A DNA stretch of 64,000 nt from Paraspadella gotoi. Lineage: Eukaryota > Animalia > Chaetognatha. Below the pieces are notes generated by a model. The model saw only the letters and a program-made list of their open reading frames with translations, had not been told where the DNA came from and ran no database searches. Location of the stretch: the NCBI GenBank assembly GCA_051294375.1, contig CM119264.1, positions 20,240,248-20,304,247 of the forward strand. Reading direction: 5' to 3'. Positions 53,049 to 64,000 of this stretch are shown one piece after another (the stretch's first letter is position 1; each line of letters starts with the position of its first letter). Both the position numbers and the translations under genes were made by a program.

Positions 53049-53965
53049 CTTCCTCCCGCCACCATCCTCCCCTCTCTCGAGGCAACTAAGATCCCCTAAT
53101 ATTCGGTGACGACTCTTCGACTCATTTCCCGATGGCGATTAGCGTCTATTTGGGATGAGGCGCCATCTGACGTCGCCGGGCGTCGCCTCAGGTGTTTACG
53201 ACGCTAATTCCCACTACGAGACATCGGAAACGTCTGGATTTTCTCGCCTCATTTCTCCTCCTCATCCTGTTAGATGTCTCCGTCCTTCTCCTCCTCAGTC
53301 CATCCCCTGGGGAGAATTCAATTACAAAAATATGCGGTTAAATCTCTTTCAATTCTCTAATGCCATCAAGGATAATTACGTTGCTAATGCCGCATGATAA
53401 ATCTTTTTATTATATCTAACGTGTATACATGGCTATGAAAAAATGGTCTATGAAAAACCGCTATTGGACCACATTACGGTGATTTTTGTTCTTTCTTTTC
53501 AAGATCGTGACCCATGGACATGTTATCGGGTTCTTTAGATTCGTTTGGTCGTCCCCGACCAAGATACAGCCACCCCGGTGTAACACCTGGTACTAGTATG
53601 ATATTATATAAAAAAAATATTAGATCTGAAGCTAAATGATTTTATTTTGAGTTTAAATGTTTAAAGCCTATTGGTCTCTATACTCCATCACATAGTAACT
53701 GCTGTAGTGTGAGCCTTCGTCATGATAGAGAGCTGAAATTTTTACTGCATCATCCTTAGAAGGTCACTAGGATTCAGTCAATTGACGAAAATGTGCCCAA
53801 GGTGTGCTTTTTTACCCTTTAGGCGAGGGTATCACCAATATTGACAAAAAGTAGTACAATCTTATTTTTTTACCTCCCAACATTAAGATCTGAAAACTTT
53901 TCAAATTTGGGTGAAACACCTTAACCTGGTAGTAGAGAAAGAAGGGAAAAGTGAAGGCATCGGAA

Positions 53966-54024
<59 letters not shown>

Positions 54025-54305
54025 AAGACATCCGCGTTCCATTGTTCCTGAATTGCGTCTCCATTACGGTTGATCGCCGTTTCCGCCTTCGCCCGTTCCG
54101 TCGTACGAGGCGAGAAGGGAGAACTCGCCGAAGAAAACCCAATTTGTTTAACGAGATATATAAGGAGATGGATGTCGAAAGAGGGGATGTAAACGACATT
54201 GGCCAGAATAATAAGGGTTCACGAAGTAGGAAAATATAATAATAAACCTACACATAAGATGACGGATCGAACTCTGCTTGTTCTTTTAGTTAAATGTGAT
54301 TTAAA

Positions 54306-56420
54306 TAGGGTTACGATAACCGTTTACAGTTAACGGTTATTAACGGTTAAAAATAATTTTAACCTAACCGTTAATATATTTATTGTAACGGTTAAATTCG
54401 GTTAATTTTTAAATATGATTTTTTTATTTTTTGGTATAAAATCTTTGATTTTTTAAAAGAAAAATAATTTTTTTTTGTCCTCTCTTATTTTCCTCTCCTT
54501 TTCTCACCATATTTTTTCACCTCTCTATCTTTTCCATTTTTTCCTGTTTTTTCCTTTGTTATTTTCAACCCTTTTAATCTTTTTTCTATACTAATCTCCT
54601 TCTGTACCTTTCTTTTTCTTTCTCTCTTTTCCCCTCCTTCTTTTCCACCTTTCTTTTCTCTCTTTTTTTTCTCCCTTTTCTTTTACCTTTTTCATTTTTT
54701 TTTAATTAATTTTATGCATTTACATTCAAAAATATATCAAATCAAATATAGCACATGCAAATATTGCCATACATTTTCTTGCAAATTAAATTCTTATATA
54801 AATAATATATCCTATTTTGATATTTTTATTTCACTCTTTAAGAGGAAAGGTCATTCAGCATAACAATACGTAAATCATTGATGTGTTAGAAGCTAATATA
54901 TCGAGAAATACATTATAGCTCCAGTAATACAAAGAAAATAAGTTCATTTTATTTGTGTTCATTCTGTTTTCAATAATTTTTTTTTAAATGGGTAAAAAAC
55001 AAAATTGTTAAGTTAAATGGTAAGCACATTTTTTAAAGATTTGTTTTCAATCTGTTGTTAAAAAATTCTAGGTAAGAAGTTAAAACACGTATGGGATAGT
55101 TTAGAAGGGGAGAATTAAACAATTAATCTCGTTACTCTGTTGGTTTTCCAGTCATGAACAAAATCTTCAGTTAAATAGATGGTAAAGAAATTCGAGCTAC
55201 AATGAATCTACACACTGAATTTGAAGAGTTGCAGCTAAACGACTGCAATAATATTGAATTAAAATTTGATTAGCAATCTTAAAAACATTTGAAAAATGTA
55301 ATAGAGAGACATTTTGATAAACGCGTTCCAGTTAGAAAGAATTCAGGGTTAAAGTTTAAAACGTTTGATTTTCAAGGATACAAGTTGAAATTTAAAATGC
55401 TCTCCTATACATTTTTCTAATTCAGTAATAAAGAATTCATAAAAAAATCAGATGGATTGGCCTTTTCATTTGACCTGCAACTCTTCAGATAGGTTTCTTT
55501 TATTTTATATTATAATTAAAACCAAAAATGGGGTAGAATGCATCAAATGCATAAAGTGAATACATTTTCGGAATCGCCAGGAGCTCAGCTTTCTGAATTT
55601 ACTCCATTTTAGCCTATTTTGAAGTTGAATTGAATGACCCTTTTTCTTAAAACAAACAAAGAAGCAAATGAAATAAAACCAAAATGAATGAAAAAATTAT
55701 TAAAAAAACCAAATAAAATAAATGGAATAAAAAAAAATTAATAAATAGAAGGAACTTATCTTAAAATGGACATTAAGGCTAACTAAAACTATCCTTCAAT
55801 CATGATATATTTTTTAATAAAACTGAAAAAAAATATTAATAATCAATAAATCTTGGATCAATCGATTAATCAAACATTCAATCAAAAAATTAATATTCAT
55901 AATTTATATTTATGGTTATGGCTTATGAAAAAACAGAAAACAAGCGTTCAAGAAACTAACAACTAGAAAAATAATAAGAGATACAACGAAAGAAAAAGAG
56001 AAAGAAGAGAAAAAAAACACAAAAATATAGAATTAGAATTAACATTGTGTTTTCTTTTTTGTCCTTTTATATATTTTTTTATGCTATGAGGCAAAAGAAA
56101 AAGTTTGTAAGTAAATATACACAATGCATTATCTGATTAGCTAAATTATCATATAGTAGATTCAAAATAGTTTGCTCAAACCAATTTTTTATTTACTAAC
56201 TAAAATGTGTACCTATCTATCTGAAATGGAAGATAAAAAAGATTCAGGAGCAGGAGTTAAAGATAAAATACCATTAAATACTTTAGTTTTATTTAAATAA
56301 TAATATTTTAAATTTAAAGTTAAATTATAAAATTAACCGATTTTAACGGTTAACCATTAAAAATATTATTTTTAACGGTTAAGCGAAATTTATCAAAAAT
56401 TAACGGTTATCGGAACCCTT
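54306..56420. mobile_element. Non-autonomous hAT-like DNA transposon
   Basis: TIR agggtt(a/c)cgataaccgtt / aacggttatcggaaccct; multiple subterminal TAACCG/CGGTTA motifs at both ends; TSD only approximate (atttaaat). Confidence 0.65.
54842..55646 (-). mobile_element. Second copy of the TTAA MITE, nested in a hAT-like element
   Basis: Reverse complement of 25172-25900 plus ~75 extra bp; TTAA on both sides. Confidence 0.85.
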
Positions 56421-56663
56421 GTCATTTAAATAATGATCTTGGAAAAGGTTGGTAAAAAATTGAGATCGAAAACGAAATATGTAAAAGACAAAAAGTATAC
56501 AGATCCGATTGCAGAATGAAGTGGTTGCCTTTCCGTTTTATTATGGTTTCTTTTCCTTTTTTTTATTTTCTCTTGTCTCTTCTCTCCTATTTTTATCGCC
56601 TCATTTTGCTTCTCCGCTATTCGAAGTTAAAAAGCAGCAATAGTAGAGCGACGAACTCCGCAC

Positions 56664-56859
56664 CTGTATGAAATGAAGACGTACATGACGGCGGTGTACC
56701 AGGTGCGAGGGTCGAAGGCTTTGGCGATGTCGGGGGAGAGCAACTCGCCGATGCCCTCGGCGGCGCCTTCGCGACTCACGCAGAGGATCACCATCAGAGC
56801 CATGATGCAATAAGGCAGCGTCGTGCGAAATATGGTGAATCGTGGAGAGGCGCGAATAC
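56664..56859 (-). CDS. SLC6 exon 5 (TM5, EL3, start of TM6)
   Basis: cttctcag|(G)IRASPRFTIFRTTLPYCIMALMVILCVSREGAAEGIGELLSPDIAKAFDPRTWYTAVMYVFISY|gtgcgg; T.PY, GA..GI...L.P, W..A pattern. Confidence 0.88.
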
Positions 56860-57108
56860 CTGAGAAGCAGAAAATGTTGTTTTATTATTTTTTTGAACGA
56901 TGACTAAATCAAAAGAAGATCTTTTAGCTAGAGAATGAATTGTTTTTTTTAACATAAATGTCATCTTTTACGAAACATGTCCGAAATTTTGTTTAATAAT
57001 AAAGTCCTTGTATGTTAAAAAACATTTCTTTCTCTTCCTCAAACTATTAACGCAACGAAAAAGAAAAGAAAACAAACAATAACATGTCCAAATTGTCCAT
57101 CATATATC

Positions 57109-57514
57109 AACAAGTTTGAGCAAACAAGGCCGGATATGCCCACCATCATTAGCGGTAAGCAGCTGATCAGATAATTAATTAATTAATTAATTTTCTGCTC
57201 AATCAAACACTTTTCTACCCGCATACAAAATTTTAAGTCAATCGCCCTATCCACTCAAGAGTAATTGGCGTTCAAGCAGTAAAATGTATTTTTTTGGTTT
57301 TTTTCCATTTTAACTCATTTCCACTGATTTCCAGCTCAATCACACATTTTCCTACCCACACACAAAATTTTATTCAAATCCATCTATTAAATCACGAGTA
57401 ATTGGTGTTTTTTGCTAAGGTGGGACGGACGGACAGACAGACAGTCAGACAAACAGACAGACAGACGGACGGACGGACATCATTTTTTTTGAATACTTTA
57501 TCATTGTGATTAAA

Positions 57515-57545
<31 letters not shown>

Positions 57546-57780
57546 CCAAATTCAATTTGGAAAACATTAAAATTGAATGAAAGCCGAAACTTGTCTGTAC
57601 CATGAAATAAAATCGTTGATGTAACAAGACTTCGTCTTTAATCTCAAATATAATATATCAAAATTCGATGTTCTGACATGCTATTAGTGAATGCCCGACA
57701 AGATTGGGGGGGTGCGGACCGACGGACCGACAAAGTGAATTATAGATTCGAAATCTGCTGTAAGCAGATCCGACTAAAAA
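57109..57780 (-). mobile_element. DINE-1/HINE-like element, family A
   Basis: aacaagtttgagcaaac at left end and gcagatccgactaaaaa at right end; a 3'-end fragment also lies at ~8248-8420. Confidence 0.72.
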
Positions 57781-58528
57781 CCAATCAAATAATCATTCAG
57801 TCTACTTAGAACCAAATTCCGAAAGTCCATCCCAAACCTTTTTTCATAATATTTTTATATTTTTAGATAGAGAATGACTGGAATAATGTAAATCTTAAGT
57901 CACGTCTAAATTGGCCAATGGGTTTAGAATAAATCGACCAAAAACAACCAAAATTCCTCTCCATTTTTTCAACATTCTCGCCTTTTAAGAGTCTCTCCGA
58001 TTCTGACTTCCTCTTTCAAACTTATAGTTCCGCTAGTTAATTTTTTTTCCTTAAACGAACGAAAGGAATCCATAACTTTATTATTTTATAATTTCTGGGT
58101 AAAAATATAAAATGAATTACATTAACATTGTGATATTATGAAAGTGTAATGACTTGTGAGGCCTGTGAGAGTTAAATAATTAAAAAAATTTATTATTGAA
58201 AAATAACATCAAAGTGAAGAAGTTGAACGTTTTCCGGCTCTTTTCAGTAAACATCCCTGTTCTCTAACATAAAATAATGTTTACTTTTTGCTGGTGGAAA
58301 AGAATAACATTTTATATAATTTTGTAAGCATGCTTGTAAAACCAGACAAGCAACTATTTATGTGAAAAAAAAAATATTTTCTTAATCTAAAATTTTTTTC
58401 TTTCAGAATACTTAACAAAGTTTGATTTTATTTTTGCAACGAATTTTATTTTTACAAGAGCAGACATGCTCACAATACGAGCCTTCATCAGCGCATATGA
58501 GTTGTGAACTTGATACAAGTTTTTAGTT

Positions 58529-58567
<39 letters not shown>

Positions 58568-58590
58568 AATAAATAATTACATTTGAGCAA

Positions 58591-59015
58591 TGTACAACAT
58601 AGATAAAGATAATGGAAACTGTTTAATAACAAATTGAAATAAATTAATTTTTGAAATTGAAAAGTTGAAAATTGAAATTGAGAAGTTGAAAATTGAGATT
58701 TTAGAGGGATAGATAAGTAAAGATTGTAGTGAAATATAAGAACTAAGAAAGAGCTCAAAATGAGCTGGGCCCCCCCCGGTCTTATGAAGGAGAAGCTGCT
58801 GACAGGGCCGGGTCATTGGCGCGTCATGGGTTGAGAGGATAATGGGATTGATCTCGTGTTGGCTGGCTCAGGTATTGTTCCATGAGGAAACAAACCCAAG
58901 GCCACCCTTATATCCCTCTGGCCTGATGCGCCTGCCGGCGGCCCTCTTCTCACCTGACGGTGAGGCGGGCGGGTATCCACTCTTGCCACTTTAGTGACTG
59001 GGATGGTGGAATACA
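58591..59015 (-). mobile_element. Possible solo LTR
   Basis: TGTA...TACA termini, GC-rich half with TATA-like gatataaggg on the minus strand; no matching TSD. Confidence 0.35.
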
Positions 59016-60400
59016 GAATACTTAAAAAGAATTTAATTTTTATTTATTTTTATGGGGTGTCATTAGTTTTAAAATTAATTATAATTTTGACTTAGTTTGA
59101 CACTCACCCTGTTAAGAGGTTTCAGCAAAAATAATTCTAAAATTGTATCTTGTATGTGCCCTATGATTATGGCTTCATTTTGGTACTATTGCCATCCCTT
59201 TATCTTTGTTCCTTCAAAAGATATTAGGAAAAATCACTTTTTTTTCTCAACCTTCCTTTTAATTTCTTTTTAAATAAAAATTTCGTGATGAAAACTGGAC
59301 CAATTCACTTTACCAGGAAGGCAGGATGGTTTAATATAAAAAAAATGGTCAATACTAAAAAGGAAAAAAAGTCCAGCTCTTGGGACACGAGGCTTTTGGA
59401 ATCTCATAATTTGAACTTTGAAGTACCATTTATAATGCTAACATACTGTAATTTTAAAAAAGTGAAATTTCTCTTTCATTTCTATAGTAAAAAATGAGTT
59501 TTGAAAATCCTCTTGGTAGTAAATTCTTTATCAAATGCTACAAGATCAAAAAGTCGAGCTCTTGAGATGCAACGCTATCGGAATCGTGCGTTTTTACAAC
59601 TGTTTTCTACCGGAATGTCTCCCAATGTCGTTTGTAAAGTTGGGCAGTCAGATTCGAACGGAAATCTCGATTAGAAAAATGTTAATGTTTTTTTAAGCGA
59701 GATATTCGCCTAGTCTACTGGACACTCCACTATGATCGAAGTGAACGTTAAAATCGGAAGAATTATACAATGGCATATTCGGATAGCTTAACCAGAGTAA
59801 TTCTTGAAAACTTTAGAGGTTCTTCTCATAAAATATTAATATTTCCAAAAAGGACAAAAATGTAACATTTTATTTTTTTACGATTCCTAAAGATGACCCG
59901 AACGCAATACCATTTTTTAGCTTGTTTTAATTTTTTTCCCTCTCAAATATGATAAAACAAAAGTTTAAAGAGCAATTTGATCCAATCAGTTAGGAAGTTA
60001 ATAGTACTAACGTGTTTTTAACACTATAATTTTTGAAAAAGATGAGGTATTGAGTAAAATTATAAATTGAAGTTTACAAGATATGTTTTTTTTTTTTTTT
60101 TTTTTGCATTTTCGTTCTTTTAAAGAAAACGTTTGTTGGGTTCAATCCATTTATTAAATTTATTACATCAAAAAGTTTAACAAGATTTAATGTAACTCAA
60201 TCTAACACTGAGACTGAGTGACCCTCCAATGATTTTTATCAGCATCACTTTAATTTACAAATTAGACAAAAGTGGACGTTCTAGTAACTCTCTCTCTCTC
60301 AATATCAGCTCAGACTGTCCCTCTTTCTTTCTCTCTCTTTCCACGTATAATTAATAATTAATTCGCAAATTATTATCGCTCAGATCCTCAACGCTCTTAC

Positions 60401-60597
60401 CTTTAAGTATGATCAAGGCGACGACAAAGGATGAAATGAGAAAAGTGAGGGCCAGGTGCCATCGCGGCGTCTCCCCTTCTCCATAGAAAAAGGTCAGCCT
60501 CATGAGAAATCGAGTCCAGAATTCCTCGACGGGCGAAGCCACAGTCACGTTGACCAGGGATTGACGGGTCACGCATTGGGCGGGCTGGCTCCATCCG
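60401..60597 (-). CDS. SLC6 exon 4 (end of EL2, TM4)
   Basis: atgccag|(S)GWSQPAQCVTRQSLVNVTVASPVEEFWTRF...PRWHLALTFLISSFVVALIILK-G|gtaaga; SPVEEFW and RW.LAL motifs. Confidence 0.9.
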
Positions 60598-61222
60598 CTG
60601 GCATTGGATTTAGGGTTGGCGAAAGAAATGAGAAAAGGAAAGGATAAGTTCGAGAAGGAGAGATGAAGATGATAATTAAAAATGCGTGGTGCCAGTGGTG
60701 CCAGTGGTGCCTACATCCGTAACAAGTGTATTTTGAGTATTTTGAGTCATCAATCCTTGGAAATTTACTGCGTCGAGGAATAAAAATTGCCGGAAAAATG
60801 TTACATAGTCCGATTGAAGTCGATCTGAAACGATTATGATATGCTGAAAACAGATCGAGAGAGAGAGAAAGAAGCGAAAAACAAAAAAAGCACCCCCACA
60901 AGTCAGCGAATCAAGATTTTAAGCAAAGCCAAGGAGAAATCGGGGCTCCATCAGCAATAATCTTGGATATCGGAAGCCGCAATTAATACTATTAATCAAA
61001 ATGCTAATTTAATCGAATCTCGGGAGCTAATGATTCGGTCCGTCGCCTTCTCGTCATCGAAGGCGCCACCGGAGAAATGAAACGGGGAGAGAAAGGGGAG
61101 CCTTTTCTTTTTTTCTTTTTTTTTTCACTTTTTTCGTTTTATAGGTTTTTTTTTATGATTAGCAATCAGACTGAAGATGAATGAAATACATAAATCTTTT
61201 ATTCACCGTCTTTAATACTGAC

Positions 61223-61366
61223 CTGCACAAACAAGTGACGTTGTCCGGCGTCTCGGGTTCGCAGAATTTGATTACATCATCAGGACAACGCTCAGGATGA
61301 ATGAGACAGAAGTCGCCCTTGACGCCGATGTTTCCCGCGGCGTCTTCATAGCGAAAGGAGAGGCGG
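61223..61366 (-). CDS. SLC6 exon 3 (Cys-rich EL2 insertion)
   Basis: cccccctag|(S)RLSFRYEDAAGNIGVKGDFCLIHPERCPDDVIKFCEPETPDNVTCLC|gtcagt; 144 nt, phase 2->2, open and in frame with both neighbours. Confidence 0.7.
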
Positions 61367-61731
61367 CTAGGGGGGGGGGAAGTCAAGTTGATAGTGGGAA
61401 TTCGTTCAAATCATCGGGAGAGTGAGTGATCAAAATATTTTCAGAGGTCTGAAGCAAGAATGACAAATTCTAAAAACAACAAACATATCATTTCAGTCAA
61501 GACAAAGGAAATGTAATAAAATGAAGTAGTTTTCGAAACGATTTGAATCATTGCGTTGTAAATTTTAAATTTTGATAAGTTTTTCATTTCATTCACTAGA
61601 GAACAAATATTCACGGTTTTTTCCTGTGGGCATTAAATGATTGTCATAAATATATCATCACAGAGGAATGAAACGGAATGAAACGAATGAAAGAGAGATC
61701 AAAATAAAAAGAGGAGGCAGACGAACTGCAT

Positions 61732-61948
61732 AAGTTCACCCCGTCTATAAGCATGGCACCTACATGATCACTAGGTACCGGGTTCAATCCCAACCCGGTA
61801 ACATCCCTGGGGGAAGCGTGAGAACAGCCGTAAACCGCCTTGGGGGCCTCGAAAACCCTCAAGCCAGGACCCTTTCGATAGCTGCTGATATGAGGGATCA
61901 CAGAAGATGCAGATAACACACTTCAGCCCTCTCAGCGCCCTATCCACA
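61732..61948 (+). mobile_element. Diverged third copy of the same element
   Basis: Shares ctaggtaccgggttcaatcccaacccggta and the 3' end gcgcc(c/t)tatccaca. Confidence 0.6.
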
Positions 61949-62967
61949 TAAAAGACATAGGAAGGAAATTAAGACGGCATAACAACAGGAGAAAATCATA
62001 AGAAATTTAGGTCCGTAAAATCAGGTGTTGTGAAGCCTCGAGCAAGCGTGCTGCGTGGGCGTGAAGGCAGGTGTCGAGACGGCGCAGGTGCCGGGAATCC
62101 GAAAAGAGGGGAGAGAAGGTGAAAGGAACGTCAACGAACGGAGATGTACGACCGTCAATTTGTATTCGTCGTCCATTTGCATTTTTTTTTTCGCTCCGGG
62201 AGACAGCGTTAAAGCTACCGCTAAGAGGCAGCGCTGCCGCCGCCGCCTCCGCCGCTTTATCTTTCCGCTTTATTCCTTCAAGCGCTGGCTTTTGTCTAAG
62301 CGTCTAATATTTTCTTTGCCTCGTCTGTTGCGGAGTCTACGTTTAAACGTTTTTGTCAGTCAAGAATTTTTTATTTTTTATTAGGAGTTGGTCATTATTA
62401 GCTTTGTGGCCTTTCTTAATTCGAAATTTACGAATGAGAAAGTTTTTGCTCTTAATATCTTATAAACAAAAAGAGTGACAACGTCTCTTTTCAAGTCGCG
62501 TCTCGTCGCGGCCGAAGAGAAGAAACGAGTTTGAGGGAGAAAAGCAATATTTTATTCGGCCTCTTTCACTTAGAGTTGACGCGATTTGACAGAATGTCGA
62601 CGCGGGTTAGAAATAACAAAGAGAGAGAGAGAGCAAGAGAAAGAAAAAGAGAGAGAGAGAGAGAGAGAGAGANNNNNNNNNNGAGACAGAGAATGATTAA
62701 TGGACGAAACGTTGAGGGGCAATTCTTAGAAATAGACGGGCGAGGTTAGTTGAGAAAACGACGGGCTGAATAATTAATAAATTTAAAGAGGGCAGATTTG
62801 TCTAATGTAATGGGCAGCTGACACTTTCTATGAAGGTGCTATCCTTCAGGATTTTGCTTTTCCTTAATCTAGTTTGATTTTAAAAAGTAATAGTTTGCTA
62901 AAAGCACTTCGACATTTCCTTATTTTCCTCAAGGCTCAAGCCAAATCTTTTCCGAGTTGTTCATTAC

Positions 62968-63314
62968 CTTAAAATGTGCGTCCTCGTTGCGTTGACGACG
63001 AAATCCCCTACGGAGTCCACCGAATCCCCCGGCGCGGCCCATCCCCTTCCCCGCGATAAGGACTCGTTGTGAGGTTGCCAAAGCAGTGGCGAATCCCGCG
63101 TCAGAAGCGGCAGGCAGGCGTTGGTGTTCCAAATGTTGCCGCAGTGGCTCCAGGGAAGCGGATGTTTGAAGCTGGCAACGATGAAGAGTAGCGCCAGTGC
63201 TAGGATGCAGTTGGCATGGATGGAGAAGCACATACACAGCACCTTGAAGACGGTGCCGACACCGTTGGCGATGGGTAGGCAGTGCCAGACGCCGCGGGGC
63301 CCATAGCCCGAGTA
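62968..63314 (-). CDS. SLC6 exon 2 (TM3, start of EL2)
   Basis: ccttcag|YSGYGPRGVW...SFKHPLPWSHCGNIWNTNAC...THIL|gtaatg; LPW..C.N.WNT..C motif; phase 0->2. Confidence 0.92.
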
Positions 63315-63482
63315 CTGAAGGAATGAAAGAGGCGATGTAGAAGAAAACGAAAGAAAAGAAAGAGAATATAGAGGAGATAAAAGAAAAAGGAAAAGAAGGG
63401 CGACAAGGGTCAGATTAAAGACTGACTTTTCTTTCCATCCTCTCTTCTCCAATTCTCACCCAGCTCTTTCGACTCTACCAAC

Positions 63483-63683
63483 CTGCCCGATGAAGAGTTC
63501 CAGGAACTGCAGTGGCAGCGCCACCAGAAACGTGACGGCGAGGTAGGGAATGAGAAAGGCGATCCCTCCGTTGCTGTACATCAAGTAGGGAAACGTCCAC
63601 ACGTTGTGCAAATTGATGGTGAAACTCATGAGCGAAAATACAAAGTTCCAATGATCGCACCAAGTGGGGCGACTCGTCGCCAT
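63483..63683 (-). CDS. SLC6/NSS sodium:neurotransmitter symporter family protein, exon 1 (TM1-2)
   Basis: MATSRPTW..NVWTFPYLMYSNGGIAFLIPY..LPLQFLELFIGQ matches R.TW / NVWRFPY / NGGGAFLIPY / LE..GQ; donor CAG|gttggt. An additional upstream exon cannot be excluded. Confidence 0.92.
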
Positions 63684-64000
63684 GACGACGGCGGAAAGGG
63701 TTGGAGGGGGCGAACGGGGGAAGTTAGGAATGAAGAGGATAAAGAAACGGGTGGCTCGTGTTTCCGATGGGAGCGTCGAAGGTTCGATTCTCCGGAAAGA
63801 GTTTTATTGTGTCGATCAAAACGAAAGTTAAATCGAAGACCTTTTTGACTTTCAAAGAAAATACGAGTCAGAATTATCGGTCCGCGTCTTTCCTTTGGTT
63901 TTCTCACACAGAAAATCAAAAACCTTGAGGGCTATATTTTTCACTCCATTGTCTTAATGCATATTACTTTTTTTATCATTCTGAAAAAAATCGAATGATC

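Overview
AT-rich, repeat-dense eukaryotic (invertebrate, probably arthropod) draft scaffold with N-gaps and many apparent single-base indel errors. Two spliced minus-strand genes can be built from GT-AG sites and reading phases. (1) The first five coding exons of a gamma-glutamyltranspeptidase (16689->2219; the gene runs off the left end). (2) An 11-exon, about 790-aa, strongly atypical SLC6/NSS transporter (63683->39256) with degenerate ion/substrate motifs and a six-Cys EGF-like module in extracellular loop 2. A 5.1-kb Ty3/Gypsy element with both LTRs and a TTAT TSD (41987-47073) lies antisense in an SLC6 intron. Other repeats: a TRIM family whose LTRs carry a 72-nt tRNA-like cassette, two further LTR-like families with tRNA-like boxes, a Penelope-type minimal hammerhead ribozyme inside a long inverted repeat, DINE-1/HINE-like elements, a TTAA-flanked MITE, a hAT-like element, and mini/microsatellites. 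Most entries in the ORF track are spurious. All calls are by eye; no database searches were run.
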